Assembly (NCBI RefSeq): GCF_006345805.1
Contig: NC_043006.1
Coordinates: 88,226,001 to 88,290,000 of the forward strand
From: Octopus sinensis
Taxonomy: Eukaryota
Direction: 5' to 3'
Length of the DNA: 64,000 nucleotides
Part shown: piece after piece, positions 36,818 through 50,882 of the stretch
How positions within the stretch are numbered: position 1 is the first letter of the stretch
Layout: each line of letters starts with the position of its first letter
Position numbers and translations under genes: made by a program
The notes under the pieces: model-generated
The model's input: the letters and a program-made list of their open reading frames with translations, nothing else
What the model was told of the DNA's origin: nothing
Databases searched by the model: none

Positions 36818-39800
36818 GACTCAAAATGGACCACCGACCATACCTCCCAAAAATCAAAATAGACGAAACAACAATACCAATTATAAACAGCATTAACCTA
36901 GCCGTCACGGAACTAATAGCCACTGAAACAAAAAGCGATATCATTGAGCTAAATAACTTAGTATACGCAGCAGCCACTGCAGCCTCAAAAGAAGCTGGAT
37001 ACCCACTCAAACCCGTCCAAACAGAAATACCACCACCCAAACAAACTCTGTGGATAAATAACATCCAAAACAAAATACAAAAAATAAGAAAAGATCTGTC
37101 GATTCTTAATGAAATCAGTAGACAATCAACGCTACTGAGCAACAAAAAGAAAACAAAAATACTCCGCAAATACAACATCACACAAAAAGATTTACCTGAG
37201 ATAAAAGAAAAGCTAAAGCAAGATATCCTTGCCAAAGCACAAAGGATTCGCCGGTACGAGAAACGCCAGCGCTTCTTTGAACAAAACAAAAAGTTCAACT
37301 CCAACCCCAAAAAGTTCTACCAAGAACTTGGCAAAAATAAAATAGAAATCACTGCAGCACCAACGGCAGAAGAAGTGGAAGAATTCTGGAGAGAAATATG
37401 GTTGGCGAACGAACAACCAAAAAAGAATTTTAAAATAACAAACTCAGCATCTGAGCAACTTTGGACCCCCAATAACAACTGAAGAGGTCACCCAGGCACT
37501 GCAAAGACTAAGCAACTGGAAGGCACCTGGGCATGACAAGATCCCCAACTTCTGGTTGAAATATCTAACAGGAATGCACAAAAAGCTGGCTGAAAATTTT
37601 AACAACATACTAGCAGAGCCAGAGACAATGCCTGAATGGCTCACGAAGGGGAAAACCATCTTAATTCCCAAATCAAATGAGACAGCTAAACCAGAAAACT
37701 ACAGACCAATAACCTGTCTCCCTACGATATACAAGGCATTTACTGCAGTGATATCGCAAAGGTTGAACAAGCACCTAGACGAAAACAACCTGATTCCAGA
37801 AGAGCAGAAAGGATGCCGCAAAGGCTCATACGGCTGTAAAGATCAACTAATGATCAATAAAGCCATAACTGAAGACAGCCACAGAAAGAAGAAAGGCCTC
37901 AGTATGGCCTGGATCGACTACAAAAAGGTGTTTGATAGCATCCCCCACACATGGATCCTTGAAACACTAGCCATTAACAAAGTAGCACCAACAATTATAA
38001 AATTCATTGGGCACTCTATGAATAAATGGCAAACAGTGCTACAGCTCCAAACAAAAGAGGGACTCATGAAAACCAAAGCCATCCCCATTAGAAAAGGAAT
38101 ATTCCAGGGAGACACGCTCTCTCCACTCCTTTTCTGCTTGGCACTGTCACCTCTATCTGATATGCTAAATAGAACTGGATGCGGATATAAATGTTACGGC
38201 AAAATGATCAGCCACCTTTTATATATGGATGACCTAAAACTATACGCTGCAAATGACAAACAGCTGGAAACACTATTAAAGACAGTTCATGGATTTACCA
38301 AAGAAATAGATATGAAATTTGGATTAGAAAAATGCGCCAAAGTAACCATGAAAAGAGGAAAACTAGTTAAGAGTAGCAACATCACACTAGATAAAACCAA
38401 TGAAATAAAAGAATTAGACCAAAGCCAAACTTACAAATACTAAGGAATCCATGAACTAGATAAGACACAACACACACAAATGAAAGAGAAAATAAAAAAG
38501 AATATTATAGACGAGTTAGATCAATACAAGATAATAGGTATTAACACTTTAGCTGTCCCAGTTATAAGTTACAGCTACAATATCCTTAACTGGACACTAA
38601 ATGAACTGACCAAAATAGATAGGAAAACAAGAAAAATAATGACAGGGTCTAGGATGCATCACCCAAAATCTGACATAGAAAGACTATATATACAACGTAT
38701 AGAAGGTGGCAGAGGCCTTATACAGCTGGAAAACTACTATAAAATAACCACCATAGGACTGCAAAAATATCTACTTCAGAAGGAAGGAAAACTGATACAA
38801 ATAGCGGCAAAACACGAGCAAAACAAAAAACTGTTCTCAGTATTTAAGGAAGCTGACAAATACAAACAAGAAATCATACCACCTAACAAATAATAATAAT
38901 AAGAAGAAGATGAAGAAACAACAAAAGCTATAAAACAAATGAAATCCAAACTAAAACTAGAACAGCAAAAAACCATGATAAAACGATTGCAAGAAAAACC
39001 CCTTCACGGTAAATACTGGACTAAACTAAATGCAAAAGAAATAGACAAAGAAAAATCCCACCAATGGTTGAGAAGCTCAGGACTCAAAGCAGAGACAGAG
39101 GGATTTTTAATTGCAGCACAAGACCAAAGCCTCCCCACCAGAAATTACCAAAAACATGTAATGAAAAGAAATATAACAAGTAACTGCAGAATATGTGGAG
39201 ATGGACAAAAATAATAAATCATATTATCTCTGGCTGCCCAGTCCTGGCTAAGAAGGAATATATTCACAGACATGACAGAGTTGGAACCTACATACACTGG
39301 AAGCTATGCCAACATTATGGAATAACAACAGAAAAAAGATGGTATAGGCACACACCAGAAAAGGTCACAGAAAACGAGAAAGCAACCATACTTTGGGATA
39401 TGCCGATACACACAGATAGAGAAATTAAGGCCAACAGACCAGATATAGTTGTCAGAGATCATGAAGAAAAAAAATGCTTTCTAATTGATATATCAATACC
39501 AGCAGATGACAACGTGTCTCTAAAAGAAATGGAGAAACTTTCAAAATACAAAGACCTGGAAATGGAGGTAACCAGAATGTGGACTCTAAAAACAGAAACA
39601 ATTCCTATCATAGTAGGTGCATTAGGCATGATAAAAAAATATTCAGACAAATACATAACAAAAACACCAGGACTTACAAACACATATAACATACAGAAAA
39701 TTGCACTACTAGGCACTGCACACATCCTACGCAGAACACTTTCCATACAATAACCATCAGAGCATCACAACAAATCACAGCACATACCCAAGACACACAG

Positions 39801-39848
39801 AGCTGCGCTCGGTAGTGAAGTGAAAGCACGCTATAAAAAATAAAACTA

Positions 39849-39852
<4 letters not shown>
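36816..39852 (+). mobile_element. 5'-truncated R4/Dong non-LTR retrotransposon (RT, CCHC knuckle, REL endonuclease), inactivated
   Basis: NYRPITCLP, AWIDYKKVFDSIPH, GIFQGDTLSPLLF, HLLYMDDLK, CRICG..HIISGC, RHD, RPDIVV..IDIS..EKLSKY. Frameshifts or stops near 37430, 38441, 38500, 38891 and 39210; (TAA)n on both sides. Confidence 0.95.
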
Positions 39853-39908
<56 letters not shown>

Positions 39909-39939
39909 CATTATCATGACGATAATAATAATAATAATA

Positions 39940-40520
39940 AAGTGTATGGAAAGTTTGCAAGAGATATGAATGCCAAGACAGATACAGAAGAGTATTGGCT
40001 ATGGATGAGAAGGAGTGCAGAATAGACAACATTACCAACAGTGACAAATGCAGAATGTATGGTGGGAGGGGTGAAATGGTATGGCACATCATTAGCAAAT
40101 GCCCAAAATTGACACAACATGAATACAAAAGATGACATGACAATGTAGCAAGAATGATCCATTGGGAGGTCTATGGAAGTCATGGCTTATAAAGAACAAA
40201 GATATGGTATGAGCAAACCCCAGGAGTCACCAAGAACGAGAATAGCAAAATCCTGTGGGATGCAATGATTCAGTGCGATCACCTGATCAGACTTTGGAAA
40301 CCAGACATTGTTGTGGTGAATAAAAAAGAAAGAACATGCATGATAATCGACATAGCATGTCCCAGTAACAACAGGATCAAAGAGAAAAAAATAAGAAAAA
40401 AATAAACAACTATGACAACTTGAAGAGGGAAATATGAAGTTTGTGGTCAATGAGGAGAGTAGACATGATACCAAAAGTAATTGGTGTACTTGGAAGTATC
40501 AGCACTCAACTAGTAAAATA
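39940..40520 (+). mobile_element. Older Dong 3' fragment (CCHC + REL)
   Basis: CRMYGG..VWHIISKCPKL..HDNVARMIHW..ILWDAMIQCDH..KPDIVVVNKKERTCMIIDIACP. Confidence 0.85.
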
Positions 40521-41499
40521 TTACCCTTTCCATCATGCCTAGCAAAATAAGCTGTGAGTTTTCATCATATAATAATGATGATGATGATGATAATAATAAT
40601 AATAGACAAAAGGAAGGACAGTGCTAATAAAGAAAAACTAAGCAAAGGCAAGGGAAGTCAGTAATTACATGTTTACTATCTCTCTGGAAATTTCTAACTG
40701 GCCTCACAACAGATGAATTGTGAAGCTAAATGGAAAATGAGAATCTATTACCAGAGAAGCAAATAGGATGAAGGAAAAGTCAAGTTTGTTGTATACCACT
40801 GGCAGATATAATGTGAAGTATAAATAAGAAAGAAGAACTTAGGAGGTCAGGTGTATAAAACGATACCATTATATTCAAAGTGAATGGACATGTGAAAGAG
40901 GGAAACTGAAGAATACTTGGGTTAAGCAGTGAGGAGAGATCGGAAGTTGTTGCCATCTCAGAGGAGATGACAAAGGACTACATTAGTTGGCAACATGCTG
41001 TGAGGGAGAAGACCCATTCATCTCTCTAGATATGGCAAACCATTAGCTAAAATTGAGTATGTGTGTGTGTATTGTCAAGTCTAATCATCAAGCTTTTTAA
41101 TAGGTTGTTTTCCCTTCAGCACTACTAGCACTCACCCCCATTACTCATCCCTTTATCACTTGTTTGTCTATCACCTATACCATTCTTACCCATTCCTCTG
41201 CCACCTGTACCTTTATCTCTAATGCATCTTGTGCACAAGTTACTATTGCTCATCTCTCAACTACTCCCTCCCATTCTGAATCTCACTCTTCTATCCTGCT
41301 GGTGTGACTAAGGATGGCAAATGTTCTCCCCTGGTCATGGCACAGTGCTTCTGATGGATCTAAGGATGCAATTATATTTATCTGGCAATTTCACCAAAAC
41401 TACACATTCTCTCTCACTTTAATTACCTTCTCTCTCTCACTTATCATGAGACTTATATGAAAAGGACCTAATCAGATAAACAATATGCCATCTAGATTC

Positions 41500-44330
41500 A
41501 GGAATTTCTCCTCTATAAGTATGTAAAGCATGATAAAAAGAAAAATCTAAAGCAATACTTTCCTCTTTTCTTGTAAAAATTTCCAAGGAAAACAATACTT
41601 GAATTCAGGAAAAACTCCAACAATTGTAAAAACAAGATATAAAGCACAAACATAAATAAAAATAAAGCTACAAATTTTAGAGAAGGTAGCAACTTTGTTT
41701 GATGATTAAGAAAGAAACTATGGAGAAGACATCACACAGAAAACTATACCAAGTGTAAAAATATGAAAAACAAAGGTAAATCAAAGAAAAGCACAGAAAC
41801 ATATTACAAAAAAAACATAATAAATAATAAAACTGGACAAAGAAATTAAGCTATCAAATGTATATGTGGGAACATACAAAAGAACACCTCAAACTCAAAC
41901 AGGAAACATACACTGCAAAGTCAAAACACGTTACCCCAACAAACAAATGCAGAAGATATGGAAAACAATGTACAACTGATAATACCAAAAATCAATGATG
42001 GATTAATATGCAAAGAAGGGTAGAATGAAGAGGTGGACAAAATAGATGCAGCACATACAGATAACATGGACAGCTCAGAAAGTTACTAATAGATCGGAAG
42101 TCCTAGCAACAAATGCAGAAGATAGGGAAAACAATGTACAACTAATAATACCAAAAGTCATGGATGGATTAATATGCATAGAAGGGCAGAAAGAAGAGGT
42201 GGACAAAATAGATGCAGCACATATAGATAACATGGGCAGCTCAGAAAGTTACAAATAGAACAGAAATGTTAGCAACAAAAAATACAATACTGCAAGCTCA
42301 TTTTTAAGAACTTATCTCAGGCAGATACCAGTCTGGATAAATCAAAGAAACTAAAAATATCTAATAGAAATTACTGACATAAAATCCATAAATTTACCTA
42401 AATGAAATTTAAACAACATAATTCAAATTTGCTACTACATAACTCTCAAATATAACCAAACTAAAAAAAAACATGCAAAACATTAACCAATGCCTTTACC
42501 TGACAATTTTTCAACAATAGGAAATGAAGATGACTATTTTGTTATCAAGAATAAATCCAACTTCATTCCACAAAGGGGAGTAGAGGGACATTTAGGCATT
42601 TATATTGACATTATATTAAGAATCTCCAGTACTACCCGTAAATACAAACAAAATCCTTTAAAAAGAATAGAAAGCTCAACAGACATTGAAAAGTGACAAT
42701 TGAATTATTTTAAAAGAAGATGCTAAAGGCAGAGTAATTATTAATATAGATAAAGACTTTTACAAAAGGAAAGTATTAGAACAATTAACAGAGGAAATTA
42801 TAATAAGGAAGAATCTAAAGTGAACAACTATAAAGAAAATTAAATCACCAATCGATCAATACTCAGAATCCTTCATGGATAAAGAAATTGATTACTTATG
42901 CAATTTCAAAATAAAGGAAAGTTACTTCTATGAATTACCAGATTTATAAAAGCTTAAAAATACAGAGAACTATTAATGAGCAAAATAATCGCTACAAAGA
43001 AATACTGAGGCCAGCTGATCTAAAACTGAGACCAATGGTGGTGGGATCACAATCCCCAACACAACATCTGAGTCACTTTATAGGCTTATACCCAAAGGGC
43101 AAAGTTACATATGAAACAAAACAAATTTTCTTAAATGCATCCCATCAACAGTCCCAAAATGCATAGATTTAACAAGCTTTGATGCAACAAGCCTTTATAC
43201 TACAGGCATTAGGCTTAACAGAAAACAAATAGGCATTATAAATGAATGCTTCTAAAACAGACTTCATCATCAAAACTCTTCAATTAGTACTGGAAAACAC
43301 ATTCAACATCAATGGAATAACATACAGACAGATTAAAGGAACATCAATGGGTGCAAATGTATGTAAATTATAGAATTTAATAATGGCATTCATGAAATTT
43401 AATCAAAACTTTAAAGATTACGTCATTGAATATTGTTGTATTCTCAATGACTGTTTTATTATTAGTGTCGATTCAAAGTGTCAATTCAAGTGGGATCAAA
43501 AGATGAATTATATATGTTTACATTTTAAACACCCTCCATATATCTATTAAATCTGAAATGGAAACAGGTGGAAAAGCACTATCACTCTTGTATATTTTCA
43601 TAAAATCATATGATATCAAGACCACAACATGGATATTCTGTAAAAAAATGGATATACACCAATATTGGAGTGTTTTCGCATGTCATAAATCACACATCAA
43701 ATGAAATATCTCATTGTATAACAAGGTGCATATGTGCAATTGTGGTCAATCTAAAACTAGATGAACATGACTAAAAGAACTGAAAGGCTTTCTAAAACTA
43801 CAAAAATATATCCCTAAAACTATTACACAATGGGATATTAAAAAAGGAAAGAAGTTAGATATATTTCAACTTCGGACATCAAAACAAAAAGATAAAAGGA
43901 ATTTAATCCCATTTGCCAACATTTTTAATTCCGGATTATCAAAGATATTTACTTCCATCAAAGCAAACCTACCTGATCTTTTTCTAAAGCACAAAAGGGA
44001 AGGTTTTGATCCATGAAAGTCTAATCATCAATGGCAAGAAATGCCTCACATGGGCAAAATTCAGTTCAGAAAATAACACAGAATTTTTTATAAAATCTTT
44101 TGACTACAGTAAATGTGGAATATGCAGTAGTGAAAAAAAATTACAACCACTTGGAAACTGGTTACGACATAAAATTAGAACTCAAAAACTCATTCAGGAT
44201 AAACACAGACATGAACTGCAAAACAAGAAACTTCAGATATTGCAAAACATGCTCAATCAGTAAGGAAAATTACTTGGGCCAGATTGGGAAACTTACTGTG
44301 TAAATGAATGAGGATCTACCTACAGCACGC
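41500..44330 (+). mobile_element. Heavily decayed Penelope-like element (Neptune-like RT)
   Basis: KLRPMVVGSQSPTQHLSHFI, LTSFDATSLYT, YRQIKGTSMGANV, LNDCFII and C-terminal CGIC; the left boundary is uncertain. Confidence 0.75.
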
Positions 44331-44348
44331 CCATGTATATGTTTATTT

Positions 44349-44396
<48 letters not shown>

Positions 44397-44409
44397 ATAT
44401 ATATGCACA

Positions 44410-45292
44410 TGATGTGGTATCAAAAATTTCCGGAACTAATTATGTTTAATAAATAAAAAATAATGCATTTACATAAGTTTTAACATAATCTTCTTCAAAA
44501 TGGTCACCTTGAGCAGCAATACATCAGTAAAGGCATTTCTGCCACTTTTGGTATCCAGCCTGAAAATCACATTCCATAGACAAATCGCCAGCCTTTTGCG
44601 ATTCACTGTTGATCGAAACAATGGTGTTAAAACGGGCGACCTTTGAACTGCATTTTCCTCTTGGGTATGATATGGAAGACTGCAGGTGCTAAATCTGGTT
44701 AATAGGTGGGTGCAGAAGTGGTAACATGTTTTTTGCAAGAAGCTTATAAGTGAGTAGAGATCAGGGTGCATTGTCATTGTGAACACCCTATTTCTTTGCA
44801 CTCCACAGATCCAGTCCCTTTTTGCAAATGTCTTCCCTGAAATGCTTCTAAACATAGTAGATCTCTCGATTGATGGCCTGGTCCTGAGGGACAAATTTTT
44901 GATGTGCAATACTGTGGATGTCAAAAAGACCAATGAGCATGCTCTTGAGTGAGCTGCAGCTGTCATGCACCTGAAACATTGCATACAACCCATTGTCTCA
45001 TCACTGTAAGCTTGTTGAAGCATGTTGAATATCTCTGTAGTAGACTTCCCAAGTTTAATGCAAAATTTCACATTGGCTCTTTATTCCAACATCTTGTCCA
45101 TGACAAAAATCCCAGACTGCAGCATACACATGATCGTAAAACCACAAATTTCACAACTTGCAAAGTAAACACAGCAATGTCACTTGACACTGCCTCATGA
45201 ATGTCACTGCTAGCTCTCACTGCTCACGCAACTGTATGCTGTTATCTGTTGGTCCGCCACAGAACTAGTCTGAGAACATTTTGATACTATTA
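44410..45292 (-). mobile_element. Internally deleted mariner transposon
   Basis: MKFCIKLGKSTTEIFNMLQQAYSDETM HTH N-terminus and C-terminal remnants; imperfect TIRs tggtatcaaaaatttccggaactaatt / aactagtctgagaacattttgatacta. Confidence 0.85.
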
Positions 45293-45356
45293 TATATATG
45301 TGTGTGTATATACATATATAAATATGTATACATATATATATTTATTTATTTAGGTG

Positions 45357-45387
<31 letters not shown>

Positions 45388-45939
45388 TTGTTTGTGTGTT
45401 TGTGTCTGTACTTATTTATCTATGAAGGTAATTGTATTGTCATTCACAAATAATAATAAGAAGCTGCTAATAATAACAGAACATAATGTTAGGTTTTTAT
45501 TGAACAAATCTTTATTTTTTTGTTGTGTCCCTTCTTTTACCATAGAATTATAGATCTCCTACAGTCCTATATGGATAAGTGGATCTGCTGCTGAAGAAGA
45601 AAAAATGAAATTGCTTATAGATTTTCCTTCCGACTGCCTAAAGCCATTTTCTAGTAACATCTATACCAGAAAAATGTAACTTGCGTGAATGAAGTTATAT
45701 TTGATGGCAGAGTACTACAGGGGAAATTAGGAATCACTCAGTTAATATTTATGGATTATCTATTTCCTTTATTTCAAGACCATGATGTTATTTACTAATG
45801 TCAAAAACATGATTCATTACTTTATGCAACCTCAAAGTTTAGTGGTAGTGAAGCAAAAGCCTAGCTTGTTGTGCCAGTGAGGAAAGGAGTCACAAATATA
45901 ACTATTAGAATTTTCATTTAGCTTTCATACTGACATGGG

Positions 45940-46690
45940 TCTATTTTTATCAGAGCATCTCCACCACATGTTGCAGTTACTTGTTATCTCTTTCATGAGG
46001 TTCAGTATCTTGAGATCTGCCTTACCCATTTCTTCCTATATCTTTTTTTTGTCTTCTTCCATAAGTTCCTTGAATTGTTTGACCTTTTTTTTTTATTAAT
46101 CTACCATCTTTTATATGCCTCACAGGCCCTTACCAGCATAGCTTTTTCTCTTGAACACCATGGTGGATCCCTCTAATTTCCATTCTCTATCTCAGCTCAC
46201 ATGTGCTCCATCATTCATGTTTACTGACACTACACAACTCATGGAGCATGCTCACTTAAATTGTTCCAGCCTTTGCACATCCTTGGCATCCAATGCCTAT
46301 GGTCTTCTAGTGTGTAAATAAAACACTTTGTACATAAGCATCATATAATCTGCCCTTCACTGACAGTGAGAAACCCCCTGTAGCCAAGAGTGATAATAAA
46401 TCCCTGAACATTTTCTACCCAGCTCTAACTCTGGCTACCATACTTTCAGAAGACCTACCTCTACTACTAATTAGGTCATCTCAGTATCAGAAGCTGTTAA
46501 CAGTTTTATGCAAACCTTCTGAGCAGTTAAAAGATTTATTTTAAGGCTGCTCCTACAGGTAACTATTCCTGTGCATCTGGTATATATGTAATCCTTCTCT
46601 GTCAGCTTGCTTGAGATCCCCCTGTATTGTCTATGGACTCATAGTTTATGTTAGATACATAGTATAAAGTTCTTATGTATTCCTTTACTG
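45940..46690 (-). mobile_element. Old RTE LINE 3' fragment
   Basis: ESMVARVRAG*KMFRDLLSLLATGGFSLSVKGRLYDAYVQS. Confidence 0.75.
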
Positions 46691-46719
46691 TGTATCAAAT
46701 ATCTACCTGAATAAATCTA

Positions 46720-47105
46720 GGGTAACCTGCTGTGCCAACATCAAAATAAATATCAAATGGAAATTGTAGTTGTGATACCTGTGCTGGTGGCACATAAAAA
46801 GCACCATCCGAACATGGCCGATGCCAGCACCGCCTTGACTGGCTTCTGTGCCGGTGGCAGGTAAAAAGTACCAGCCAATCGTGGCCACTGCCAGCCTCCC
46901 CTGGCACCTGTGCTGGTGGCACATAAAAAGCACTCACTACACTCACAGAGTGGTTGGCATTAGAAAGGGCATCCAGCTGTAGAAACACTGCCAGATCAGA
47001 CTGGAGCCTGGTGCAGCCTCCTGGCTTCCCAGACACCGGTCGAACCATCCAACCCAGGCTAGCATGAAAAACGGACGTTAAACGATGATGATAATGATGA
47101 TGATG
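46720..47105 (+). mobile_element. RTE 3' UTR fragment with (GAT)n tail
   Basis: Near-identical to the reverse complement of 5816-6200. Confidence 0.8.
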
Positions 47106-47424
47106 AAGCTAAAAGAAAATGTTAAACAAATTCTGTAGTAAGATCAACAGAGACAGTATAATTATATCTTGAGCTGTCTTAAAATAAACACCTAGGGAAA
47201 TATGAAGTCAAGGACTTTTGGCTGCTACCCTGATGTAATACATTATAATGAAATTTCACATCTGTATCAGTCAGTAAAACAATAAGAATTAATAGGAAGT
47301 GCAGTTTTAGCAAAAAAAAAAAGAACATTTTCAAAAGGGGAGATTCTATCCATATCAAATCATTATCTTATAATGACAAGGAGGTGGGATTCTATAGGTA
47401 CCAAATCATTATCTTATAATGCAA

Positions 47425-47690
47425 GTACTATTGTTGTTTAGCCCTAGATCAACTCTAATCAAGCAGATCTATGACCAAAAGTGCCTCGGTGATGTCTATT
47501 CCTCTTTTGTAGAAAATTAATATTTCATTTCTTTATTTCTATCAATGCCTATCAATCATTTTTTACAATATTATTTTAGTGATATCTTTCCTTATTCTAA
47601 GTTAAGATAGTTGAGGTGATTTGGGTGCTATTTCTAGCAGATTAGACAACTAATTTGAAGTTCATTATTGGCTCAGTGCAAGTAACATAC
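47425..47690 (-). mobile_element. Old interspersed repeat (SINE-like); related copies at ~15370-15500 and ~61768-61960
   Basis: Shared degenerate ttgtttagccc..gatcaa..gatcaa..ctatga..ttccag block. Confidence 0.45.
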
Positions 47691-48265
47691 TTTCCTGAGT
47701 TGAATATGTGTAATATATTTGCTAAGTACTTAGGAATTAGGAAGAATATTCAGCTACAAAACACTTGCTTTAATAATGCATATGTATATTGACATTTTGA
47801 AATGCTTCCTGCATCTGCTAACTAAGAAAAGGAAATACAAAATTATTTGTGTAGCCCCCTACATAGTAAAATCTATAGTATTGATTGATATTTCAGATAC
47901 ATGGTCTGTGTTTTACAAGATGAAATATGCTCCAAGATATTTTATCAATTTTTATGCTCCTTAAGGAATGAAAAAATAACTTGGCAGTTTCAGAACTATA
48001 AGGTATTGAATATTTGGTCAGAAGGACCAAAATAACCTTTCTATTAAAAAGGATTCAAATCACACACATTGGTATCAATAAAGATAAAAAGACTGTTAGG
48101 ATACACAAATGCATGTGCATGCACGCACACACACACACACAGTGGCCCAGCAACAAAATTTGCTAAGGAGGCGCAAAACTAGATCCTAATTTTTTAATGA
48201 AAAATGTGGATTTTTCCAATGTTAACATTTAAAAAAATGCAGGTATAATAATAAATTTTATTATT

Positions 48266-48760
48266 ATGAGGGTCGGCTGAAATGTTCATAATCTGAGCAA
48301 GACACTCTCAAGTTCATTTTCTAACATAGTTCCTCTTACTGTCCACACACTTCCATTAGTAGTTGCAGTACTTGGGTCGCACTGGGGAAGAAGCTTTTCT
48401 GTTGGTCAAAATGGTCATCGACAACAGATAAGATGTTCTCATCATAGTGATACTGGTTCTCAGCTGAGTGTTTTTCTACGTTGGGAAACAGATGATAACC
48501 AGAAGGAACCAAATTACTAACATAGGGAGGATGATCAACCAGTTCAAAGCCAGTCACACACAGCAGCCATTGAAACCAAGGACTTGTGTGCTGAAGCATT
48601 GTCCTAATGAAATAAGACCCCATTCATCAGTTTTTCTGGGTGTTTGGTCTTGATAGCCTTTCATAACTGCTTTAGGAAGTTGGTATTGAAATTTTCCATT
48701 GATGGTGTGATCATTTTGAAGATAGTCAAAAAACACAATATTTTTTGCATTAATGCATAG
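48266..48760 (-). mobile_element. Mariner 3' fragment
   Basis: GFELVDHPPYVSNLVPSGYHLFPNVEK (HPPYSPDLAPSDY motif); TIR-like tatgagggtcggctgaaatgttcat. Confidence 0.85.
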
Positions 48761-49067
48761 TATATATAATAATGTGAAGTATATTTTGAATATTAAAATG
48801 TTTAATTTTGGAAATGTATCAAGCAGAGCTAAAATAAGCAGTAAAAATACAAATTGCAAGTACTTCAAAATGTGGGACACTACATGACAAAAACTAACAT
48901 GCAAAGGAAGAAAATAGTGGTGTTTGTGTTCCAAAGGTACAATGAGAAGGCCCAGGAGAAGGATAGTGAGATGGGGTAGAGGAAAGGAATATAGAAGGAA
49001 AGAAAAGAATGAAAAGTGAAAAGATAAACTGGGGATCTGAAATGAGTACTAGGCAGGAAATTGGCCC

Positions 49068-49249
49068 CTGTGCCAGTGGCACGTAAAAAGCACTCACTAC
49101 ACTCTCAGGGTGGTTGGCATTAGGAAGGGCATCCAGCTGTAGAAACACTGCCAGATCAGACTGGAGCCTGGTGCAGCCTCCTGGCTTCCCAGCCCCAGTC
49201 GAACCATTCAACCTATTCCAGCATGGAAAATGGACATTAAACGATGATG
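49068..49249 (+). mobile_element. RTE 3' UTR fragment
   Basis: Homologous to 46908-47090. Confidence 0.8.
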
Positions 49250-49654
49250 TTTTACCTATGCACTGGTCAAGTAGAAAAGCAATGAGTGATAAAAAATTGA
49301 ATTGTCTTTTGGTACCAAAAAAGTGAAGAAAGAGAGTAGAGAAGGTTAGGGAAGAGCAAGTAGGAAGAAAGAGAGAGTGTGGAGAATAAGGAAATAAAAA
49401 TAGACAGTAGGTAGTTGACAGAAATGGACAGAGGAAGAAATGGAAGGCAGTAAAGAGAGAAAAGTAGCAGATAGGTAGAGAGGTAGATAGAGGGGAGAGG
49501 AGAAGGACAGAGAAATAGATAGAAAAGAGAGACAGTCTTGCACCAAATATTGAACACTGTGTAGGGTACCACTGAGTGGGAACAGAAATGAGTGTGTGAC
49601 ATTACATTGGCTAACAGTCATAAAATGTTGCAGAGAAAGTCAACACACACACAT

Positions 49655-50075
49655 ATATAATGATGAAGGAAATTGTTGTATACAGTGCTCAGGTGCACTA
49701 CAACTAAAAAAGATTCAGGACACATGGAAGTTTTGAAGGATGTAGTGTCTTGACAGCTAACAACTGATGCAGGTGGTTTATTCCATGCTTCTGCAATTCT
49801 GAGCATGAAAATTGTTTCCGAAAGTCAGGGTGCTGTGTTGTTTTTTGATTTTATAAGCATGTCCGTGAGTGTTTGTCATATGGAATTCAAAAATGTACCC
49901 AATGTTGTTGTTGGAAATATGGTGGATAATCTTGTGGGTGTCAATCAAGTCAGTTGCCAGACGTCTGGGCTTCAATGTATCCATGCCCAGGAATGCAAAA
50001 TGTTCAGAGTATGGTAGATGTGTGATGGTGGGTATTCGCTTTGTTGCACATTTCTGAACAGTTTCCAGATGCACC
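49655..50075 (-). mobile_element. CR1-like LINE 3' end
   Basis: LETVQKCATKRIPTITHLPYSE..TLKPRRLATDLIDTHKII..THGHAYKI..RIAEAWNKPP. Confidence 0.85.
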
Positions 50076-50447
50076 TGTGTATGTGTGTGAATTCATTTAT
50101 TCACTTTGTTCACATTTGCACACCCACTCACCTACACAATCACACTTATTTGGCGTGTGTATATATGTAGAGTAATAATTTAATATTTGGGTATACACCT
50201 TGTGGTGTGCTGTTTAAAATCCAATTACAACATTCAGCTACCTGATGTCAACAATAGTATGGAGGAATATGCCACTGGATTTACCTCAGGAATTCCTTTG
50301 CGTCCTTAGACATGTGAATGTGTGTGTGTGTGCATGCATGCACGTGCATGTGTTTGTGTGTATACAGATACATGCACATATATTTAGTGCACAATCTTGC
50401 ACTTACTTAGACGTGCAGACACACACATAAACACACACACACACGTA

Positions 50448-50882
50448 TGACTGAGACCTTTGGCAATATGCTGTACTTCAGAAGACCTGTCAAGCCAAGT
50501 CAAATCATAACCTTTCAAGCGTTGGGCCTCATGGAGGCAAAGTAGCTGAGTTCCTTTTGAGTGTTGGTTCTCATGGAAGCAATGATCGAGACCTTTGGCA
50601 TTATGTCATGCTTAAGAAGAAGACCCATCAAGCCAAGCAAAATTACAGATGTGGCAGATACTGGTGTCATGCAAATGGCACCTGTGCAGGTGGCACGTAA
50701 AAGCACCCATTACACTCACAGAGTGGTTGGTATTAGGAAGGGTAGCCAATCGAAGAAAACTATGCCAAATCAGGTAGGAGTCTGGTGCAGTTTTCCAGCT
50801 TACTAGCCCTGGTCAACCATCCAACTCATGCCAGCATGAACAATGGACGTTAAGTGATGATTATGATGATGATGATGATGAT
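50448..50882 (+). mobile_element. RTE LINE 3' end with (GAT)n tail
   Basis: DLWQYAVLQKT terminus, repeated gagacctttggc units and the shared 3' UTR. Confidence 0.75.

Noticed and set aside
46780-46935. Regularly spaced ggcacataaaaagcac repeats suggesting CRISPR
   Set aside because: They are internal repeats of an RTE 3' UTR in eukaryotic DNA, with no cas genes.
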